From: Trypanosoma brucei
Taxonomy: Eukaryota
NCBI GenBank assembly: GCA_000002445.1
Contig: CM000208.1
Span: 512,001-576,000 of the forward strand
DNA: 64,000 bases
Direction of reading: 5' to 3'
Positions 8,867 to 18,883 of this stretch are shown here, in pieces. A model generated the notes under the pieces. That model saw only the letters and a program-made list of their open reading frames with translations, did no database searches and was not told where the DNA came from. A program made the translations under genes and the position numbers. Each line of letters starts with the position of its first letter. Position 1 is the first letter of the stretch.

Positions 8867-11458
8867 ATGGTGGACAAGGAGAATCAGGTGATTAGGTTGC
8901 GACCTTATGAATATATTCATGTAATGGACAGGAACACTTGTGAGGTGATGCTTGTGGAGGGCCCGCGCTCCTTCACGATGTTGGACCACCACATAAGTCT
9001 CCACGACAAGGTGCAGAACCACGTTGTTGTTCCACCGGGCCACTACTGCGAAGTAGAGAACCCCGTGGTGAAGCCGACTGCAAGCTCATCTGTGGGGACC
9101 CTGTGTAATGAGATGGGCCACCGTGAAGTGCGTTTGAGCCAGGACCCGTTCCCGCTGCACCCTGGCGAGAAACTCGTGACGGAACCTCAGCCGATGCGTA
9201 TTCTGGCTGCTAACGAAGCGATTGCGGTGCGTGCGTTGAAGGAATTCACATACTCCGTCCCCGCTCTGGGCGGGAGTAACAACGGTGAGAAGGGTGACAC
9301 CACTGGAGTTGCAGTACGCCGTCGTGCCGTAGGAGAGGTTTGGTTGGTGCGTGGTCCCTGCGAGTACGTTCCGCGTGTGGAGGAGGTGGTGGAGGGCAAT
9401 GTGACGCCCATTTTTCTATCTGCGGGTCAGTCGCTCGTCTTGCGTGCGAACTGCAATTTCACGGATATTAACGGCGTAAAACGGTCACGGGGTGATGTGT
9501 GGGCCGTTACCACTGCGGGCATGCACTTCCCCGATCCGTCGGCGAGCGTCGTGCGTGTGCATGAAGGCGTAATCCTGTCTGCAACGGAAGCGGTGCGTGT
9601 GCGTGCACTCCGCTCGTTCTTCGACCGTCTGGCGGCTGTTGATCGTGTAGCTGGGGAGCGGTGGCTTGTGACACATGATGTCGTGCCGCTGTTTATCCCC
9701 ACAGTGGATGAGGAGGTGGAAGAGAAGATTTCTCTTACAATCGTCGGAGAGCGGCAGTACTGCGAGATACTTAACGTGGTGAAGGGTGGTGTGTGTCACT
9801 ATGGTGTGTGCGAAGTACGCCATGGTCCATGTTCGTTCTTCCTGCAACCTGGAGAAGTCCTGGTAGGTGGAACTGTGCGGGAGGCGCACATTCTCTCCTC
9901 TGACGAGGCGCTTCTCGTCGTCGCCGTCCGTGCCTTTGTGGACGAGGACGGGGTGGAGCGTGAACCTGCATCGCGGTGGTTGGTTCATGGGCCACGGAAG
10001 TACATCCCACCGCAAGGCGTGACCGTGGTGGAGCGCCGGAAGCGGATGGTGTTGAGTGGCAGTGAGGGTGTGTATGTACGTGATATTTGCACTGGCAACG
10101 TGCGGGCGGTGCATGGTGAGGCTGTGTTGCTGGGGCCTGAAGAGGAGTTATGGGAAAAGCCCATCGACCCGCTGGTGCATAAGCTGCTCACTGCCCGCAG
10201 ACACTCCATGTACGCTTCTCGTGTGTGCACAGAAACCTCGGTGGATGTTGGTTCTGAGGGCCATCCGAGGACACACAAGATTGTTATGTTCAAGGTGCCG
10301 CATAATGCACTGGTGCAGCTGTATGACCCGACGACGAACAAGAGCCGCGTGGAGGCCGGGCCACTGACTGTATCACTTGGTCCGAACGAGGAGATTAGTG
10401 TGGTTGTGCTCTCCGGTGGGCAACCGAAGCGGCGTGGTCACATTCACTCACTGTTTCTCTTTTTGGGTCCTGACTTTATGGCTGACAAGATTGTTGTCGA
10501 AACACTTGAGCACGCGCGGTTGCAACTTGAAATTGCGTACAATTGGGAGTTCGACACAACGGATGTGGAGCATATCAAGCGTATCGCCTTCAGCGTGCCG
10601 GACTTCGTTGGCATGGCGTGCAAGACACTGGCGAACCGAATCCGTGCTGCGATTGCCAGTGAACCGTTTGATAACTTCCATCGAAATTCATCCTCCCTCA
10701 TACGGCGGGCCATATTCCACTCACACTCCGGAACGACGGAGCTGCGTGGCGACAGTCTTTACTTTCCTGTGAACGGCCTTGTGATAACAAATGTGGACGT
10801 ACGCAGCGTTGAACCGGTTGAGGTGAAGATGCAAAACGCCCTCACGAAAAGTGTACAGCTCGCTGTGGAGATTATTACCAAGTCCCAGGAAAACGAGGCT
10901 TCCCACCAGGCGATGTTAATGGAGCAGGAGGAGAAGGGTGCGCTAGAGCTGCAACTGATGAAGGACCGCGTGTCGGCAGAGGAGGAGCGAGTGAAACTGT
11001 TGCGTGTTGTTGCCGAAAACACTGCAATCGAACTGTGCGGCGCGAGCAAGGCGCAGGCGTTGGCTGAGAGCGAGGCGCGTTGCGTGGAGTCGCAGGGCGA
11101 ATTGGATGTAACAGGGATAAGATGTGAAGCCCAGTCGCTGATTGCCGCTGCGCAGCTTGCCGGTCTCCGGGAGCGGGTGGAAAGCAAACTCTGCCACCGG
11201 CGGGCTATGGATGAACTTGCTATCGCGAAAGCCAAGGCCCTCTCGGACATCGATGCGACGAAGTATGAGAAGATATTTGAGGCTCTGGGTAAGGGAACAT
11301 TTGAAGCTATTGCGCGGGCTGGACCGGAACTAAAGGCGAAATTGCTGCAGGCGCTTGGTCTCAAGGGATTCCTTGTAACTGATGGTTCAACACCGATTAA
11401 TTTGCTCGGAATTGCAGACTGCGTGCTGCACAAAAATGGGAACGACGCGTTGCCATGA
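8867..11458 (+). CDS. MVP: Major vault protein (MVP)
   Basis: N-terminus MVDKENQVIRLRPYEYIHVMDRNTCEVMLVEGPRSFTMLDHHISLHDKVQNHVVVPPGHYCEVENPV parallels the conserved MVP N-terminus (xxIRIPPYHYIHVLDxNxNVxRVEVGPxTY...PPRHYCxVxNP). Repeated MVP-type beta-repeat blocks follow (VRxxxxxLxxGExLV...). C-terminal coiled-coil cap-helix region is present (QLMKDRVSAEEERVKLLRVVAENTAIEL...). 863 aa. Confidence 0.9.
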   Translation: MVDKENQVIRLRPYEYIHVMDRNTCEVMLVEGPRSFTMLDHHISLHDKVQNHVVVPPGHYCEVENPVVKPTASSSVGTLCNEMGHREVRLSQDPFPLHPGEKLVTEPQPMRILAANEAIAVRALKEFTYSVPALGGSNNGEKGDTTGVAVRRRAVGEVWLVRGPCEYVPRVEEVVEGNVTPIFLSAGQSLVLRANCNFTDINGVKRSRGDVWAVTTAGMHFPDPSASVVRVHEGVILSATEAVRVRALRSFFDRLAAVDRVAGERWLVTHDVVPLFIPTVDEEVEEKISLTIVGERQYCEILNVVKGGVCHYGVCEVRHGPCSFFLQPGEVLVGGTVREAHILSSDEALLVVAVRAFVDEDGVEREPASRWLVHGPRKYIPPQGVTVVERRKRMVLSGSEGVYVRDICTGNVRAVHGEAVLLGPEEELWEKPIDPLVHKLLTARRHSMYASRVCTETSVDVGSEGHPRTHKIVMFKVPHNALVQLYDPTTNKSRVEAGPLTVSLGPNEEISVVVLSGGQPKRRGHIHSLFLFLGPDFMADKIVVETLEHARLQLEIAYNWEFDTTDVEHIKRIAFSVPDFVGMACKTLANRIRAAIASEPFDNFHRNSSSLIRRAIFHSHSGTTELRGDSLYFPVNGLVITNVDVRSVEPVEVKMQNALTKSVQLAVEIITKSQENEASHQAMLMEQEEKGALELQLMKDRVSAEEERVKLLRVVAENTAIELCGASKAQALAESEARCVESQGELDVTGIRCEAQSLIAAAQLAGLRERVESKLCHRRAMDELAIAKAKALSDIDATKYEKIFEALGKGTFEAIARAGPELKAKLLQALGLKGFLVTDGSTPINLLGIADCVLHKNGNDALP

Positions 11459-11935
11459 GCGTAGGGGCATATATGTGGGTACACCTCCGCATGTGTGAAA
11501 ATTTCTTCAGTTACATGTTTCTTGATAGCTATTTATTTTCCTTCCGTTTTCGACGCATTTGTTTCTTCACTGATATGTGAGCGGTGCTAGTGACAGCCCC
11601 TCCCTTCCTCCCTCCCCTGCAGTCCCTTACAGGGTGATAGTGATCCCTGTAGGAGGAAATGCTGGTGGCGCACGCGCCCCACTTGCCTACATGTATATGA
11701 TTAACGTTACATAAATCTCCCTCTTGTTGCCGTGTATGGTGCAATACATCTTGGGAAGGAAGTGAAACCATTGCTGCTGCTTAACCGCACTGCGGTGTAG
11801 TGATATGTCTGTGCTACATGAAGTTGTGATTGGAACAGACGATGCTTGCCGTGACGGCGCGTCGGGCAACGATGTTAGTGGGTTGTTACAGTCGACATTG
11901 GTGCCTACCATATGTGAGAGTGGTGACAACAAATA

Positions 11936-11987
11936 GTTTTTGTTTTGTTTTATTTTTTTACAAATTCTTTTTTTTTGTTTTTTGTAG
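11936..11987 (+). promoter_or_regulatory. Polypyrimidine tract + AG trans-splice acceptor upstream of the actin-related protein gene
   Basis: tttttgttttgttttatttttttacaaattctttttttttgttttttgtag immediately followed by ATG at 11989; canonical kinetoplastid SL-addition signal. Confidence 0.6.
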
Positions 11988-11988
11988 G

Positions 11989-13518
11989 ATGACTGCTGGA
12001 TATCCGGTTCTTGTAGTTGATAATGGTGGCTATATGCTAAAGGCGCTCTACATTACTAGTGACGGTAAGTCCTCTTTTTTGCGTGGTAAAATTGCCGTAA
12101 TACCTAATTGTGTTGGAGCTGCTTCATATGTCGGTCGTGGAATTGTCGGTGAGCAGCTTTTCAAGTTACCGCACTTTCATGGCTTTATGGTTCGTCGTCC
12201 TGTTGATCGTGGTTTTATTGTGGATGCGGGACTTCAAAGCTACATTTGGGAGTACCTTCTTCAACACTTGGCTGTAGCCGATGAAAGTGAAGTGGAGCTT
12301 GTTATGACTGTCCCGTTTGGCGCTCCAAAGCAGGTGGGTGAACTTCTTCACTATTTGGTTGCACAGCGTTTCAGGTTTCGGTCAGTAACATTTGTGAGTT
12401 CGTCATTTCTAACGTTAGTGTCTTCTGTTTCACGCGATTGGCTGTATGGAAAGGCACCGGGTAATGGTAAAAGCAACAAAAAGGTGCGTGAAAAGTCAAA
12501 TTTCGGTTCTGACGGCGTGGGCTCTGAGAGTGTGACCGGGTGTGGGATGGTCGTTGACTTTGGTTTCTCGTCGACAACAGTTGTTCCGTACGTTAATTTC
12601 ATTCCATTGCAGGATTCTATTGTGCGAATTGACGTTGGTGGGAAGCTCTTGTCAAACAGGCTAAAGGAGCTCATTTCATTTACTCAGGTTAACGTGACGG
12701 AAGATGGTTGGTTAGTAAATCACATTATGGAGCAGGCCTGTTATGTGGCTCTGGATCCACTCGTGTCCTTGCGAAAGGCTGAATACGCAAAGCGGTTTGA
12801 TAAGGGGAACGGTGCTTTTGCAGGGTTGCGGTACTACTTGCCTACTGTTCCACCCCTTATGCCCCTTGGTTGTCGTGAGGAGCAGCTGACTCAAATCATT
12901 GGCAAAGACGTTGTGTTGCAGGAGAAAAATTCTTTACAGCATATTGTTTTCCGTCACGAGGCCTTTCTTATCCCGGAGCTTATCTTTAATCCTGTGGATG
13001 TGGGCATTTGCCAGATGGGTGTCGTCGAAGCCATAGTTCATGGGACCTGCTGCAGAGGTTCGCTACAGAACATGCGCACGTTGCACGGTGCAATGATGCG
13101 ACGCATCATTGCGTTTGGTGGTATTACCAAGTTTAAAAATCTTCCTGAGCGACTTTCGACAGAGCTCCGAAAGCATCTGAAGGAGGAGGGAGCATCGAGA
13201 GTGAGTGTCCCACCTGTAAAAGGTTCTGCCCCTCTTCAGGAATTCGTTCAATGGTCGCGCATTGGAAGGGTACGTATCGATCTTCAGTATAATGGCGTTG
13301 GTTATACACCGAGTGACTGTGAACTTCAACCCCTTTTCGGTGCTCTTGCACTTATCACGTGCCCCGTGCTGGAACCTCAGTTGAAATTGGTGCAAAGCCG
13401 GAGTCGTGTGGAGCTCCTGCCGGGAAGCACAGCAAAGGGAAGCCAAAACAGACAACAGGCATCCGCGGGCCCAAGGACTCTTAGTGCGGTTCTCTCGGCG
13501 CTTCAAAATTTACTGTAA
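11989..13518 (+). CDS. Actin-related protein (actin-fold, ARP family)
   Basis: MTAGYPVLVVDNGGYMLKALYITSDG...VIPNCVGAA...GEQLFKLPHFHGFMVRRPVDRGFIVDAGLQSYIWEYLL follows the actin N-terminal pattern (ALVxDNGSGxxKAGFAGDD...PSIVGRP...VGDEA...PIEHGIIxNWDDMEKIWHH). The track's start at 11830 is a TTG inside the polyY tract; the true ATG is at 11989. Confidence 0.75.
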   Translation: MTAGYPVLVVDNGGYMLKALYITSDGKSSFLRGKIAVIPNCVGAASYVGRGIVGEQLFKLPHFHGFMVRRPVDRGFIVDAGLQSYIWEYLLQHLAVADESEVELVMTVPFGAPKQVGELLHYLVAQRFRFRSVTFVSSSFLTLVSSVSRDWLYGKAPGNGKSNKKVREKSNFGSDGVGSESVTGCGMVVDFGFSSTTVVPYVNFIPLQDSIVRIDVGGKLLSNRLKELISFTQVNVTEDGWLVNHIMEQACYVALDPLVSLRKAEYAKRFDKGNGAFAGLRYYLPTVPPLMPLGCREEQLTQIIGKDVVLQEKNSLQHIVFRHEAFLIPELIFNPVDVGICQMGVVEAIVHGTCCRGSLQNMRTLHGAMMRRIIAFGGITKFKNLPERLSTELRKHLKEEGASRVSVPPVKGSAPLQEFVQWSRIGRVRIDLQYNGVGYTPSDCELQPLFGALALITCPVLEPQLKLVQSRSRVELLPGSTAKGSQNRQQASAGPRTLSAVLSALQNLL

Positions 13519-13888
13519 CTTTCAGCGGCGAATGGCGTTACATCTGTGATATTGCACCCACACATTGTTTATGCTGCTGCTTTGCGCTGAACACTTTAAG
13601 GCAACGTATGAGGTCTTCATTAGGTGTGACGGGGATCTGTTGTCGTTACTGTCCTTATGTGATGTTGTTGCTTCTCTTAATTCCTTTCTTTCCCCCTTTT
13701 CTGCTTGCACCGGTGCAATACTGCCGTGTGGATCGATACGCCATAAGAAAGCAATACAAACACAAATAAGTTATATAAAAAACTCTATTTATTACTAAAG
13801 CCAAAACCCCGAGACACATATCATTTCCAGTATAAAGGAAAAAGATATCAGCGTAAGTTTATCACCTCGATATTGGAACGTCCGAGTA

Positions 13889-15304
13889 ATGTCTAGACGC
13901 CTAAACAATATCCTCGAACACATCTCGATCCAGGGAAATGATGGTGAGACTGTGCGTGCCGTTAAGCGTGATGTTGCAATGGCAGCGCTGACCAACCAAT
14001 TCACAATGAGTGTCGAGTCTATGCGACAGATCATGACATACCTCCTGTACGAGATGGTGGAGGGTCTTGAGGGTCGTGAAAGCACCGTCCGCATGTTACC
14101 ATCTTATGTATACAAGGCGGACCCTAAGCGTGCTACTGGCGTCTTCTACGCACTTGACCTCGGTGGTACCAACTTCCGTGTGCTGCGCGTTGCATGCAAG
14201 GAGGGTGCCGTGGTGGATTCCTCTACTTCTGCATTCAAGATTCCCAAATATGCCCTTGAGGGTAACGCCACCGATCTGTTTGGCTTCATTGCATCCAATG
14301 TGAAGAAAACCATGGAAACTCGTGCACCTGAGGACCTCAATCGCACAGTTCCTCTTGGGTTTACCTTCAGTTTCCCCGTGGAGCAGACGAAGGTTAACCG
14401 TGGTGTGCTTATCCGGTGGACGAAGGGCTTCAGCACGAAAGGCGTTCAAGGAAATGATGTGATTGCCCTTCTTCAGGCTGCTTTTGGGCGAGTGAGCTTG
14501 AAGGTGAATGTTGTGGCGTTGTGCAACGACACTGTTGGAACATTAATTTCGCATTACTTTAAGGACCCTGAGGTACAGGTTGGTGTGATTATCGGCACTG
14601 GTTCCAATGCGTGCTACTTTGAGACGGCGTCTGCTGTGACGAAGGACCCTGCCGTTGCTGCTCGTGGGTCAGCACTTACTCCCATCAATATGGAAAGCGG
14701 CAACTTTGACTCCAAGTACCGGTTTGTCCTCCCTACGACGAAGTTCGACTTGGATATTGACGATGCGTCGTTGAACAAAGGTCAACAGGCGCTGGAGAAG
14801 ATGATATCCGGCATGTACCTCGGCGAAATCGCCCGCCGCGTTATTGTGCACCTGTCGTCTATTAACTGCCTTCCTGCGGCACTGCAGACTGCTTTGGGCA
14901 ACCGGGGGTCGTTTGAGTCCCGATTTGCCGGGATGATCAGTGCTGACCGTATGCCCGGACTTCAGTTCACTCGCAGCACGATCCAGAAGGTGTGTGGTGT
15001 TGACGTGCAGTCAATTGAAGACCTTCGCATCATTCGCGATGTGTGCCGCCTTGTCCGTGGGAGGGCTGCGCAACTCTCTGCTTCCTTCTGCTGCGCTCCA
15101 CTGGTTAAGACTCAAACACAGGGCCGTGCAACTATTGCAATTGACGGCTCCGTGTTTGAGAAGATTCCGTCATTCCGCCGCGTCTTGCAGGACAACATCA
15201 ACCGTATCCTTGGCCCTGAGTGCGATGTCAGGGCCGTTCTCGCAAAGGATGGCAGTGGAATTGGTGCTGCATTTATTTCCGCAATGGTGGTGAACGACAA
15301 GTAA
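13889..15304 (+). CDS. HK1: Hexokinase, glycosomal (PTS2-bearing), upstream copy (HK1-like)
   Basis: 471 aa; N-terminal PTS2-like MSRRLNNILEHI; hexokinase motifs LDLGGTNFRV, FTFSFPV, IGTGSNACYFE. Differs from the downstream copy at G/D, GTL/ATM and N/S internally and in the C-terminal tail (...AKDGSGIGAAFISAMVVNDK). Confidence 0.93.
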   Translation: MSRRLNNILEHISIQGNDGETVRAVKRDVAMAALTNQFTMSVESMRQIMTYLLYEMVEGLEGRESTVRMLPSYVYKADPKRATGVFYALDLGGTNFRVLRVACKEGAVVDSSTSAFKIPKYALEGNATDLFGFIASNVKKTMETRAPEDLNRTVPLGFTFSFPVEQTKVNRGVLIRWTKGFSTKGVQGNDVIALLQAAFGRVSLKVNVVALCNDTVGTLISHYFKDPEVQVGVIIGTGSNACYFETASAVTKDPAVAARGSALTPINMESGNFDSKYRFVLPTTKFDLDIDDASLNKGQQALEKMISGMYLGEIARRVIVHLSSINCLPAALQTALGNRGSFESRFAGMISADRMPGLQFTRSTIQKVCGVDVQSIEDLRIIRDVCRLVRGRAAQLSASFCCAPLVKTQTQGRATIAIDGSVFEKIPSFRRVLQDNINRILGPECDVRAVLAKDGSGIGAAFISAMVVNDK

Positions 15305-16934
15305 GTGAGAAAACCATGCTTTTCAAAATTACTTTCACTGTCTGTTCATATTTTGTGTTCTTTTTGTTTTTGAAATGGGCGTTTTTTGTCGCTCTCGGTG
15401 GCAGTGCTCACATGCTATTCGAGTTACCACTCCGTCTTATCCCCAAATCCTTCCGTCAACGGTACCACAACAATTGATGATCCAAAAAGATCAAAAAGAA
15501 AATATTTTCTTTATCGCAGACTAGCGAAAACATAGGCGATAAGAGAGGAAAAACGTTTTTCTCTTGTGGCCTCCCCCCTTACGAAGGTGAGAACCTCTGC
15601 ACTTTGTGTGCTTAACCTCCTTTTTGTGTAATGGTCTGTTTTCTATACTAATAGGTAGTTGTAATATAAGTTACTGCAATTACTTTATCCTCATTTTCCT
15701 CTGGTTACCCTCTCTTTTTTGTTGTTGCTGTTTCTGTGATAAAGCAACTCGGACAAAGAAGGAATAAATGCAGCTAATATATTTTGAATGGGGACGAAAA
15801 GAGAAATTGTTTTACCTATCCTTTCGTGTTTTCTTTTTGTTTATGCTTCATTATTGTTGTCGTCGCTTTCGGTGATAATATTTTTACTGTAAGGTAGTAA
15901 CTAAACATTTATTGTAGTATTACCTTTTTTACTGCGATGAGGCTTGCGCTGTTCTTGTTGTTGTGTTTGCTTCCATGATTTATTATGGACGGAAATGGGA
16001 TCGGAAGGAGAGGGGGAGACAAAAGGTGTGGCGACTATTGCTAAAAAACAAAAGCAAAAAGAACTAAAAAAAAGTGTGAACATTAAGCAGCTGTAAAGTA
16101 AATATTTTTCTGGGTTTTTTTTTCAGTTCTTCTTTGTTTATTTTTATTTTTCGGTGCCACAGTTATGTGGGACTAGGGTTAGGGAATTAATAATAATGTA
16201 AAATGGGGGAATTTACAAATATGGGAGGAGAGGAATCATATAAAGTAAGGTTACCTCATTCATTTAAGGTCACTACTCCATATTTTCCCTTTTCACCAAC
16301 TCTTGTGATATTTTTAGGGAGGACGAAAGGAAAAAAGGAAAAAAATGAAAAGCAATGTGAAATAGGAATGGAGATGAATGAAGGAAAAGTAACAACTGGA
16401 AGAATTGAGAGAGAAATAATGAAAAGGTGTGGAGGATGTGTCACCGGAGGCGGTGAAAAGAGGTATAACGAAAAAAAAACGAACAAGGGAAAGAAATAAT
16501 TATGGGGAAGTGAACTGATACAAAACGTAAGGGGCAAAACGTGAAAAGGATAATACAAGGTTTGGCAGGAGACTCTAAAAGCAAACAAAGGGTATATATA
16601 CACCCACACATTGTTTATGCTGCTGCTTTGCGCTGAACACTTTAAGGCAACGTATGAGGTCTTCATTAGGTGTGACGGGGATCTGTTGTCGTTACTGTCC
16701 TTGTGTGATGTTGTTGCTTCTCTTAATTCCTTTCTTTCCCCCCTTTCTGCTTGCACCGGTGCAATACTGCCGTGTGGATCGATACGCCATAAGAAAGCAA
16801 TACAAACACAAATAAGTTATATAAAAAACTCTATTTATTACTAAAGCCAAAACCCCGAGACACATATCATTTCCAGTATAAAGGAAAAAGATATCAGCGT
16901 AAGTTTATCACCTCGATATTGGAACGTCCGAGTA

Positions 16935-18350
16935 ATGTCTAGACGCCTAAACAATATCCTCGAACACATCTCGATCCAGGGAAATGATGGTGAGACTGTG
17001 CGTGCCGTTAAGCGTGATGTTGCAATGGCAGCGCTGACCAACCAATTCACAATGAGTGTGGAGTCTATGCGACAGATCATGACATACCTCCTGTACGAGA
17101 TGGTGGAGGGTCTTGAGGGTCGTGAAAGCACCGTCCGCATGTTACCATCTTATGTATACAAGGCGGACCCTAAGCGTGCTACTGGCGTCTTCTACGCACT
17201 TGACCTCGGTGGTACCAACTTCCGTGTGCTGCGCGTTGCATGCAAGGAGGGTGCCGTGGTGGATTCCTCTACTTCTGCATTCAAGATTCCCAAATATGCC
17301 CTTGAGGGTAACGCCACCGATCTGTTTGACTTCATTGCATCCAATGTGAAGAAAACCATGGAAACTCGTGCACCTGAGGACCTCAATCGCACAGTTCCTC
17401 TTGGGTTTACCTTCAGTTTCCCCGTGGAGCAGACGAAGGTTAACCGTGGTGTGCTTATCCGGTGGACGAAGGGCTTCAGCACGAAAGGCGTTCAAGGAAA
17501 TGATGTGATTGCCCTTCTTCAGGCTGCTTTTGGGCGAGTGAGCTTGAAGGTGAATGTTGTGGCGTTGTGCAACGACACTGTTGCCACGATGATTTCGCAT
17601 TACTTTAAGGACCCTGAGGTACAGGTTGGTGTGATTATCGGCACTGGTTCCAATGCGTGCTACTTTGAGACGGCGTCTGCTGTGACGAAGGACCCTGCCG
17701 TTGCTGCTCGTGGGTCAGCACTTACTCCCATCAGTATGGAAAGCGGCAACTTTGACTCCAAGTACCGGTTTGTCCTCCCTACGACGAAGTTCGACTTGGA
17801 TATTGACGATGCGTCGTTGAACAAAGGTCAACAGGCGCTGGAGAAGATGATATCCGGCATGTACCTCGGCGAAATCGCCCGCCGCGTTATTGTGCACCTG
17901 TCGTCTATTAACTGCCTTCCTGCGGCACTGCAGACTGCTTTGGGCAACCGGGGGTCGTTTGAGTCCCGATTTGCCGGGATGATCAGTGCTGACCGTATGC
18001 CCGGACTTCAGTTCACTCGCAGCACGATCCAGAAGGTGTGTGGTGTTGACGTGCAGTCAATTGAAGACCTTCGCATCATTCGCGATGTGTGCCGCCTTGT
18101 CCGTGGGAGGGCTGCGCAACTCTCTGCTTCCTTCTGCTGCGCTCCACTGGTTAAGACTCAAACACAGGGCCGTGCAACTATTGCAATTGACGGCTCCGTG
18201 TTTGAGAAGATTCCGTCATTCCGCCGCGTCTTGCAGGACAACATCAACCGTATCCTTGGCCCTGAGTGCGATGTCAGGGCCGTTCTCGCAAAGGGTGGCA
18301 GTGGTGTCGGTGCGGCACTTATCTCCGCTATCGTTGCTGACGGGAAGTGA
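16935..18350 (+). CDS. HK2: Hexokinase, glycosomal, downstream copy (HK2-like) with divergent C-terminal tail
   Basis: 471 aa, ~98% identical to the upstream copy; C-terminus ...AKGGSGVGAALISAIVADGK. Assignment of HK1/HK2 to the two copies follows the known T. brucei locus order and is not certain from sequence alone. Confidence 0.93.
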   Translation: MSRRLNNILEHISIQGNDGETVRAVKRDVAMAALTNQFTMSVESMRQIMTYLLYEMVEGLEGRESTVRMLPSYVYKADPKRATGVFYALDLGGTNFRVLRVACKEGAVVDSSTSAFKIPKYALEGNATDLFDFIASNVKKTMETRAPEDLNRTVPLGFTFSFPVEQTKVNRGVLIRWTKGFSTKGVQGNDVIALLQAAFGRVSLKVNVVALCNDTVATMISHYFKDPEVQVGVIIGTGSNACYFETASAVTKDPAVAARGSALTPISMESGNFDSKYRFVLPTTKFDLDIDDASLNKGQQALEKMISGMYLGEIARRVIVHLSSINCLPAALQTALGNRGSFESRFAGMISADRMPGLQFTRSTIQKVCGVDVQSIEDLRIIRDVCRLVRGRAAQLSASFCCAPLVKTQTQGRATIAIDGSVFEKIPSFRRVLQDNINRILGPECDVRAVLAKGGSGVGAALISAIVADGK

Positions 18351-18629
18351 AGGTGAGTGTCCGCGAACGTAGTGTAATTTTCTGTTATTTTTTAAAAATT
18401 TGTTAGTTAGCGTGAAATTCTTCTGAAAAGCAGCAGTTGACAAAAAACTTTCTGTCTGTCTGTATTGATTTTTTTATTTTTCGTTATTATGCGTTTTTTT
18501 GTGATGACACTGCTATGCTATTTCGGCAATATAGCGTCGGTTTTGCAACTTAAACGGACTTACCGTGGCCTCAGCGACTTTTGCATTTCGTTTTTTCTAG
18601 TATTTTTTTCTGATGTACTTTTGTTTCTT

Positions 18630-18634
<5 letters not shown>

Positions 18635-18667
<33 letters not shown>
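18635..18667. repeat. (AT)n microsatellite (~16 units)
   Basis: atatatatatatatatatatatatatatatat in the HK2 3' intergenic region. Confidence 0.95.
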
Positions 18668-18671
<4 letters not shown>

Positions 18672-18883
18672 TGCTTTATTGTTATAACTGAGCGGGGGAG
18701 CCGAATACACATATGTATGTATGCGTCTGTTTTCGTCGATGCAAAAAGTTTGCGGTATTCTGCTTCCCTCTGTTTTCCGTATGAGAAGGTATTTACCCCG
18801 TTTTTTGCATTTTCTTCCGGTGAACAAGGTAGCGGCTTTTCGGTGTTTCTAGGATACGTGAAAAATAGGAATCCAAGCGGTTA

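Larger units (their letters stand above)
13545..18350 (+). repeat. Tandem duplication (2 x ~3.05 kb) carrying the two hexokinase genes; 344-nt upstream flank and CDS nearly identical, 3' flanks unique
   Basis: 13545-13888 is near-identical to 16593-16934; the CDSs 13889-15304 and 16935-18350 are identical apart from a few SNPs and the last ~60 nt. Confidence 0.9.
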
